DNA from: Flavobacterium sp.
GTDB taxonomy: Bacteria; Bacteroidota; Bacteroidia; Flavobacteriales; Flavobacteriaceae
Assembly (NCBI RefSeq): GCF_044341265.1
Contig: NZ_JBIISA010000009.1
Location: 49,077-113,076, forward strand
Reading direction: 5' to 3'
Length of the DNA stretch: 64,000 bases
In this document: positions 58,473 to 64,000 of the stretch, piece after piece
Layout of the letters: each line of letters opens with the position of its first letter
Position numbering within the stretch: position 1 is the stretch's first letter
Notes under the pieces: model-generated
The model's database searches: none
What the model was told of the DNA's origin: nothing
What the model saw: only the letters and a program-made list of their open reading frames with translations
Made by a program: the position numbers and the translations under genes

Positions 58473-59201
58473 TTATTTCTTAATTTTTTCCAAAATATCA
58501 TTCATCATTTCGATTTGCACTTTTTGAATTTCGATTAATTCTTGTTGTTGGTGCATGATTAGATGATCTAATTTTTCGTCGAGCATTCTTATTTCGAGTT
58601 CCGATTTTAGGTTTATCATGTAATCTTTTTTGGCTCTTTCTCGGTCTTTTTCTTCTTGACGGTTTTGACTCATCATGATAACTGGAGCTTGAAGCGCCGC
58701 CAAACAAGACAAAATCAAATTCAGTAAAATAAATGGATAGGGATCAAATCCTTTGTTCATCAACAAGTATACATTGGACGCTATCCAAATCACAATAAAG
58801 ATAAAAAACGAAATTATAAACGTCCAACTTCCACCAAAAGCAGCTACTTTATCAGCAATCACTTGACCATACGTTCGATTATCTACTTTATCTTCTACTT
58901 TGTTTACAAAAGACTTATTGCCTTTAATAGATTTGACAACTTTCTTTTGTAAATCAGTAAGTTCACCAACTTCCGATTGAAGGAATTTAGAAATATACTT
59001 CTCACGATAAATGTTCAATTCGCTATCTGCAATAAATTGATTGGAATCGAAGTCGGGATGCTCTTCTTTGATAATATTCAAAATAGGAATGCGTATAGAA
59101 TTTCCCAAAACTTTTTCTTTCTGTGGGAATTCTATTCCTGAAATAGCGCTAGTAAATGTTGCTTTATCTTTCATAAATAATTTATTGATTTGCTTGTACA
59201 A
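58473..59201 (-). CDS. DUF1003 membrane protein
   Basis: ADKVAAFGGSW, FDPYPFILLNLILSCLAALQAPVIMMSQNRQ. Confidence 0.92.
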   Translation of the reverse strand: MYKQINKLFMKDKATFTSAISGIEFPQKEKVLGNSIRIPILNIIKEEHPDFDSNQFIADSELNIYREKYISKFLQSEVGELTDLQKKVVKSIKGNKSFVNKVEDKVDNRTYGQVIADKVAAFGGSWTFIISFFIFIVIWIASNVYLLMNKGFDPYPFILLNLILSCLAALQAPVIMMSQNRQEEKDRERAKKDYMINLKSELEIRMLDEKLDHLIMHQQQELIEIQKVQIEMMNDILEKIKK

Positions 59202-59261
59202 ACTTCAAGCTAATAATTTCAAATTTTAAATTCTTGCTAATTTACGATATTTTAAAAACAA

Positions 59262-59292
59262 AAAACCTCACTTCAATTAAGAAATGAGGTTT
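59262..59292 (-). terminator. Intrinsic terminator after osmC
   Basis: aaaacctca...tgaggttt stem. Confidence 0.7.
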
Positions 59293-59312
59293 CTATTAAC
59301 TATTTAAATCAA

Positions 59313-59723
59313 TTAAACTAAAGTAGCCGTTGAAGTGATTTCTGTGTTGAACAACTTAGAAATTGGGCAATTTTTCTCTGCTTTAGTAACTAATGCTTGA
59401 AAATCTTCGTCAGAAATTCCTGGAATTTTTGCTTCAACTGTTAAATGTGAACTTACAATGGAACCAGTTACTAAATTGATATCACATTTGGTTTGAATAT
59501 TTTCTACTGTAAAACCATCTTCTGTAAAAAATGCTGACAATTGCATAGTAAAACAACCTGCATGAGCAGCAGCAACCAACTCTTCTGGATTAGTTCCAAC
59601 GCCATCTTCAAAACGTGAATTGAATGAATATTGTGTATTATTTAATGTGGTACTTTGAGTAGTAAGCGAACCTTTTCCTTCTTTTACCGAACCTTGCCAT
59701 TGGGCTGTTGCATTTCTTTTCAT
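59313..59723 (-). CDS. osmC: OsmC family peroxiredoxin
   Basis: GTNPEELVAAAHAGCF and AEKNCPISK (two Cys). Confidence 0.92.
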   Translation of the reverse strand: MKRNATAQWQGSVKEGKGSLTTQSTTLNNTQYSFNSRFEDGVGTNPEELVAAAHAGCFTMQLSAFFTEDGFTVENIQTKCDINLVTGSIVSSHLTVEAKIPGISDEDFQALVTKAEKNCPISKLFNTEITSTATLV

Positions 59724-59852
59724 AACTTTTTAATTTTAAATTTTACCAAAATTAAATAATGTTTGTTACAAGAATGTTACATAATTATTGTTATTTCTAA
59801 TAAAAGAATAGCTTTTTCCTTCTGGAAGTTACATTTGTAGTCTCTTATAACT

Positions 59853-59880
59853 TTTTACTTTTTACTTTGTACTTCGTACT
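59853..59880. repeat. 7-bp tandem repeat
   Basis: ttttact ttttact ttgtact tcgtact. Confidence 0.65.
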
Positions 59881-59882
59881 TT

Positions 59883-60422
59883 CTACTCATACATTTCTAA
59901 CAACTTTGTAACCGTATTCCAATTTCTGATGGTTGCAGTTACGTTTAGTTTTTTCTCGATGTATTTTTGGTCAAGTCTGGTTTTTCCTGCGCCTATGTCG
60001 TATTTTATGAAAATTCTGTTGCCATCGATTACAGCTTCATCGGGTTTGAATTGGCTGATTTTTAATTCGTTTATAGCGGAACTTGACAATTCTTTAGAAA
60101 TAAAAGCCACATACAATTTCTTAGTATCAACGTCTTTTTGTTTCAAAAAAGGATTGTTTTTAAAACACAATTCCAAATCATTTTTACCGATTACAATCAC
60201 CGGAACTTCGTGACCAAAGGTTTTGAAGATTTCTTGTTTGATTTTGAAACCCACACCAAAACCGCTTTCTTCCTCGGTTTCTACAAAGACATTGCCACTT
60301 TGGATATAAGTAACCACATTAGTAAACCCAATGGTTTCTAAGGTAGTTTTTAATGCTTCCATTTTTATCATGTTGTGTCCTGAGACGTTGATGCCGCGAA
60401 GTAATGCTAGGTGTTTAGTCAT
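59883..60422 (-). CDS. DUF1697 protein
   Basis: LALLRGINVSG, TYIQSGNV, TIRNWNT. Confidence 0.93.
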   Translation of the reverse strand: MTKHLALLRGINVSGHNMIKMEALKTTLETIGFTNVVTYIQSGNVFVETEEESGFGVGFKIKQEIFKTFGHEVPVIVIGKNDLELCFKNNPFLKQKDVDTKKLYVAFISKELSSSAINELKISQFKPDEAVIDGNRIFIKYDIGAGKTRLDQKYIEKKLNVTATIRNWNTVTKLLEMYE

Positions 60423-60514
60423 AGTTACAAAATTATCAATATTATTAACCCATATGGAATAATTGCAAAATTACAGAAAGCAAACTACAAGTTCTTATCA
60501 ATTACATTTTATTA

Positions 60515-60584
60515 ATCCCGTAGGGATAAAATTTGGGTAAAGAAAATAACTTCCTTAAGAAAAAATCCCGTAGGGATGATATTT
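60515..60584. repeat. Hairpin doublet flanking tnpA (left)
   Basis: atcccgtagggat at 60515 and 60565, followed by gatattt. Confidence 0.8.
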
Positions 60585-61044
60585 AGATTGGTTCTTTAAA
60601 AATATAATGCTCATCATACTCTATTTCAAATACTTTCAAAAATTTCAGATATTCGTCTCTAAAAGTTTCTTTTTTGTGATGATTCTCTTGATTTTGAATG
60701 TAATTAATGACATTATTGACGTGTGATTTGGAATATGAAAATGCGCCATATCCTTCTTGCCATTCAAATTTTACTTTTAAAAACTTCTTTTCATTTATCC
60801 ATTTGGAAGAACTGCCTTTAATATCTTGCAATAAATCAGAAATTGATTGTGTTGGTCGCATTCCAATAAAAATATGCAAATGATCAGGCATTCCATTAAT
60901 AGCAAGTAATTTATGATTGTTAGCTTTAATAATACCTGAAATATATTGATATAATTCCTCTTTGAATGATGCATGGATTAGTCCGTTACGGAATTTTACT
61001 GCAAAAACAAATTGAACATGTATTTGTGTGTAGGTATTTGCCAT
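60583..61044 (-). mobile_element. tnpA: Y1 HUH transposase TnpA (IS200/IS605 or REP-associated type), no tnpB
   Basis: HUH motif MPDHLH, WQEGYGAFS, catalytic Tyr in YIQNQ; flanked by palindromes. Confidence 0.9.
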
Positions 61045-61048
61045 TTTT

Positions 61049-61121
61049 AAATATCGTCCCTATGGGACTTCGCATACTATTGAATTAATTTTATCTACCA
61101 GAATTTAATCCCTAACGGGAT
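61049..61121. repeat. Hairpin doublet flanking tnpA (right, inverted copy)
   Basis: aaatatc-gtccctatgggac...taccagaattt-atccctaacgggat. Confidence 0.75.
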
Positions 61122-61274
61122 TTAGTGAATTGCTAAATTATAAAAATACTTTTATTCATTGTTACTTTAAATTTTAGGATATTGATAATGAAACTAATTT
61201 TCATAAAAACATAAAATAAATAAAATTTTCCTAAACCCAATCCAAAAAACAAACCAATACATTATTTTTGCCTC

Positions 61275-62693
61275 ATGGGAAAAAAGAAGACAGACAGAAT
61301 TATATTTGAAAACGTTACCGTGCTTGATGCTGGTGCCAAAGGTGTTTCGGTAGCCAAAGCTCCTGAAGGACAAGTAATATTTATACCAAACGTTGTGCCT
61401 GGCGATGTGGTGGATGTGCAAACGTTCAAGAAACGTAAATCGTATTTTGAAGGAAAAGCAATAAAATTTCACTCCTTTTCAGAAAATCGTATTGAACCAG
61501 TTTGTGAGCATTTTGGTGCTTGTGGCGGTTGTAAATGGCAAAACATGAAGTATGAACAACAATTGTTTTATAAAAATAATGAAGTCTTCAATAACCTAAA
61601 ACGCATTGGCAAAATCGATTTGCCTGAATTTGAACCTATTTTAGGTTCAGAAAAACAATTGTTCTACAGAAACAAAATGGAATTCGGATTTTCTGACACA
61701 CGTTGGTTGACCGAAAGTCAGATTCAATCGAGTGATGAAAATTTGAGCAAGAAAAATGCTTTAGGTTTTCACGTTCCGAAAATGTGGGACAAAATTCTAG
61801 ATATTGAAAAATGTTGGTTGCAAGAAGATCCATCAAACGATATTAGAAATTCGATAAAAGAATTTGCCGATAAAAACGGAATGACGTTCTTCAATGCTAG
61901 AAATCACGAAGGTTTGTTGCGAACTTTAATGATTAGAACCGCTTCGACTGGTGAAATTATGGTGTTGATTCAGTTTTTTGAAGACGACAAAGCCAATCGT
62001 GAGTTGATGATGGATTTCATTCACGAGAAATTCCCACAAATTACTTCGTTGCAATATGTAATCAATAGCAAAGCTAACGACACACTTTACGACCAAGACA
62101 TCAAATTATATAAAGGAAGAAATTATATTTTGGAAGAAATGGAAGGTTTGAAATTTAGCATCAACGCTAAATCATTTTACCAAACCAATTCCGACCAAGC
62201 GTATGAATTATACAAAATCACAAGAGATTTCGCTGGTTTAACTGGCAACGAAGTAGTTTATGATTTATATACTGGAACTGGAACCATTGCGCAATTTGTT
62301 TCTAAAAAAGCGAAAAAAGTTATTGGTGTAGAAGCCGTTCCAGAAGCAATTGCCGATGCTAAAGAAAATGCGAAACGCAATGAAATTACCAATTGTGAGT
62401 TTTATGTTGGAGATATGAAAAACGTTTTCAATGACGATTTTATAGCAAAACATGGCAAACCAGACGTAATTATCACCGATCCACCAAGAGACGGAATGCA
62501 TAAAGACGTTGTTGAAATGTTATTAAAAACTGGCGCTCCAAAAATTGTTTATGTAAGTTGTAATTCGGCTACACAAGCAAGAGATTTGGCTTTGATGGAC
62601 GAAATGTATAAAGTTACTCGTGTGCGACCTGTAGATATGTTTCCTCAAACGCATCACGTGGAAAATGTTGTACTTTTGGAACTTAGAAAATAG
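61275..62693 (+). CDS. rlmD: 23S rRNA (uracil-5)-methyltransferase RlmD
   Basis: TRAM domain, CEHFGACGGCKWQ Fe-S motif, FYQTN, DLYTGTGTI, DPPR, YVSCN, DMFPQTHHVE. Confidence 0.94.
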   Translation: MGKKKTDRIIFENVTVLDAGAKGVSVAKAPEGQVIFIPNVVPGDVVDVQTFKKRKSYFEGKAIKFHSFSENRIEPVCEHFGACGGCKWQNMKYEQQLFYKNNEVFNNLKRIGKIDLPEFEPILGSEKQLFYRNKMEFGFSDTRWLTESQIQSSDENLSKKNALGFHVPKMWDKILDIEKCWLQEDPSNDIRNSIKEFADKNGMTFFNARNHEGLLRTLMIRTASTGEIMVLIQFFEDDKANRELMMDFIHEKFPQITSLQYVINSKANDTLYDQDIKLYKGRNYILEEMEGLKFSINAKSFYQTNSDQAYELYKITRDFAGLTGNEVVYDLYTGTGTIAQFVSKKAKKVIGVEAVPEAIADAKENAKRNEITNCEFYVGDMKNVFNDDFIAKHGKPDVIITDPPRDGMHKDVVEMLLKTGAPKIVYVSCNSATQARDLALMDEMYKVTRVRPVDMFPQTHHVENVVLLELRK

Positions 62694-62722
62694 TGTTCAG
62701 TATTCAGTCGCAGTGTTCAGTT
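62692..62722. repeat. GTTCAGT-type heptamer repeat
   Basis: agtgttcagtattcagtcgcagtgttcagtt. Confidence 0.65.
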
Positions 62723-62743
62723 ATTTAGTTTGAAATTAAACCT

Positions 62744-63274
62744 ATGAAAAAGATATTTTTGTTATTGTTTGTGTTTTCGCTTTTAGGATGTGAGAAGGAT
62801 GATATTTGTGATGAAAATACGCCTACTACACCTAGATTAGTCATTGAATTTTATGATTTTAATGCATCCACTGAGACTTTGAAGAGTGTAACTAAACTTA
62901 AAGTTAAAAGTGATGATGTAGCTGAAGGAGTAATTTTTAATGAGTCACTTACAACTCCAGATAGATATTTATCAAACTCATCAAAAATATTTTTACCTCT
63001 TAAAACTACTGATGTAACAACAAAATATAGTTTTACCCATAATTTTGGTGTCGCTGGCAGTGAAAACACCGATATTTTAGAATTCAAATACTCAAAGCAA
63101 GATTTTTATGTTTCACGCGCTTGTGGTTTTAAAACTTTATTTACATTAATTCCAACAAATCCAATAATTCAAACTGAACCTGTTGTAGCTGATGGTACTT
63201 GGATAAAAAATATAGTTATTGTAAAATCAAATCTAGAAAACGAAAATGAAGTACATGTTAAAATATTCTTTTAG
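62744..63274 (+). CDS. DUF6452-like lipoprotein
   Basis: LLGCEKDDIC, TPRLVIEFY, YVSRACGFK. Confidence 0.8.
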   Translation: MKKIFLLLFVFSLLGCEKDDICDENTPTTPRLVIEFYDFNASTETLKSVTKLKVKSDDVAEGVIFNESLTTPDRYLSNSSKIFLPLKTTDVTTKYSFTHNFGVAGSENTDILEFKYSKQDFYVSRACGFKTLFTLIPTNPIIQTEPVVADGTWIKNIVIVKSNLENENEVHVKIFF

Positions 63275-63977
63275 TCTACTATTGCTTGTAGCTTCGTTTT
63301 TGGGAAATGCTCAAGAAGTGAAAGTCAAAGACAGTATCAAACCAAAAACAGAACGTTATGGTTTGAGAGTTGGTGTTGATTTATTCAAATTAACGCGTTC
63401 CTTTTATGAAAAAGACTATCGTGGAATTGAATTAGTTGGTGATTTTAAATTGACTAGAAAGCACTACATAGCAGCAGAAATTGGAACAGAAAACAAAACT
63501 GTAGATGATGACCGATTGAATTTTACTACCAAAGGAACTTACTTAAAAGCAGGTTTTGATTTTAATGGATATGAAAATTGGTTAGGCATGAACAACATGC
63601 TATACGTGGGTATGCGCTACGGATTTAGTTCGTTTAGCCAAACCTTAAACTCTTACACTATTTACAATCCGAATCCTTATTTTGGACAAGCTCCAGAAAT
63701 ACCATCAGGTGAAAAATTCAATGGACTTACAGCGCAATGGGTTGAAGTTTTAGCTGGTGCAAAAGCAGAAATGTTTAAAAATTTCTATGTTGGAATGAGT
63801 GTACGATTAAACTATTTAGTTTCCAACAAAAAACCAGATGGATTTGATAATCTTTACATTCCAGGTTTTAATAGAACCTATGACGGAAAATTTGGCGTAG
63901 GAATAAACTACACTGTTTCTTATTTTGTTCCTATTTTTAAATCTGAGGTTAAACCTAAAGAAGGAAAAAAGAAATAA
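63246..63977 (+). CDS. DUF6048-like outer-membrane beta-barrel protein
   Basis: Signal peptide, YGLRVGVDL, GTYLKAGFD, NLYIPGFNRT. Confidence 0.78.
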   Translation: MKYMLKYSFSLLLLVASFLGNAQEVKVKDSIKPKTERYGLRVGVDLFKLTRSFYEKDYRGIELVGDFKLTRKHYIAAEIGTENKTVDDDRLNFTTKGTYLKAGFDFNGYENWLGMNNMLYVGMRYGFSSFSQTLNSYTIYNPNPYFGQAPEIPSGEKFNGLTAQWVEVLAGAKAEMFKNFYVGMSVRLNYLVSNKKPDGFDNLYIPGFNRTYDGKFGVGINYTVSYFVPIFKSEVKPKEGKKK

Positions 63978-64000
63978 TTAATTTATCTCCTTCACTCCTT

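Noticed and set aside
49222-59785. AATTATGTAACA upstream of both the AraC gene and osmC
   Set aside because: Only two AT-rich 12-mer matches; plausible by chance given how many intergenic words were compared
2171-63183. About 50 short ORFs in the track lying antisense or out of frame inside larger genes (e.g. 2171-2386, 9723-10088, 36899-37279, 51720-52091, 55082-55423)
   Set aside because: Shadow ORFs overlapping well-supported genes, with no recognisable motifs
63978-64000. 3' end of a minus-strand ORF (...GVKEIN*)
   Set aside because: Too short to identify

Overview
AT-rich Bacteroidota chromosomal window, most likely Flavobacterium. This is inferred from TAnnTTTG -7 promoter boxes, the lack of Shine-Dalgarno sites and the gene content. 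Most of it is core or near-core: priA (partial), nadC, meaB, ppk2, dnaJ/grpE, a PadR-PspC envelope-stress cluster, tRNA-Pro(TGG), trxB, rho, truA, lpdA, an Mla-type ABC operon, a cysteine desulfurase, rocD and rlmD. The standout is a compact three-gene minus-strand operon at 39355-43033, between DUF4293 and a metallophosphoesterase. It encodes a 129-aa protein ending exactly in -LVGG (ubiquitin-like C-terminus), an 856-aa DUF4132 protein, and a ThiF/MoeB/E1-like adenylase that keeps its catalytic-position Cys but lacks the Zn-binding CxxC pairs. No E2, JAB peptidase, thi or moa gene is nearby, so this is a candidate undescribed Ubl/E1 system. Other notable items: a frameshifted Fsr-type MFS gene; a 36-aa Lys-rich small ORF missed by the ORF track; an ECF sigma operon with barrel-less TonB plug domains and a vWA protein; three Flavo-1-like structured repeats with apparent covariation; a 28-bp perfect inverted repeat around truA that includes two start codons; duplicated terminators around a SIMPL gene; a Y1 (IS200/RAYT-like) tnpA framed by inverted hairpin doublets; a sigma54-like -24/-12 box before grpE-dnaJ; and many 7-8 bp intergenic tandem repeats. 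No CRISPR array, rRNA or prophage was seen. All family assignments come from motif recognition by eye; no database searches were run.
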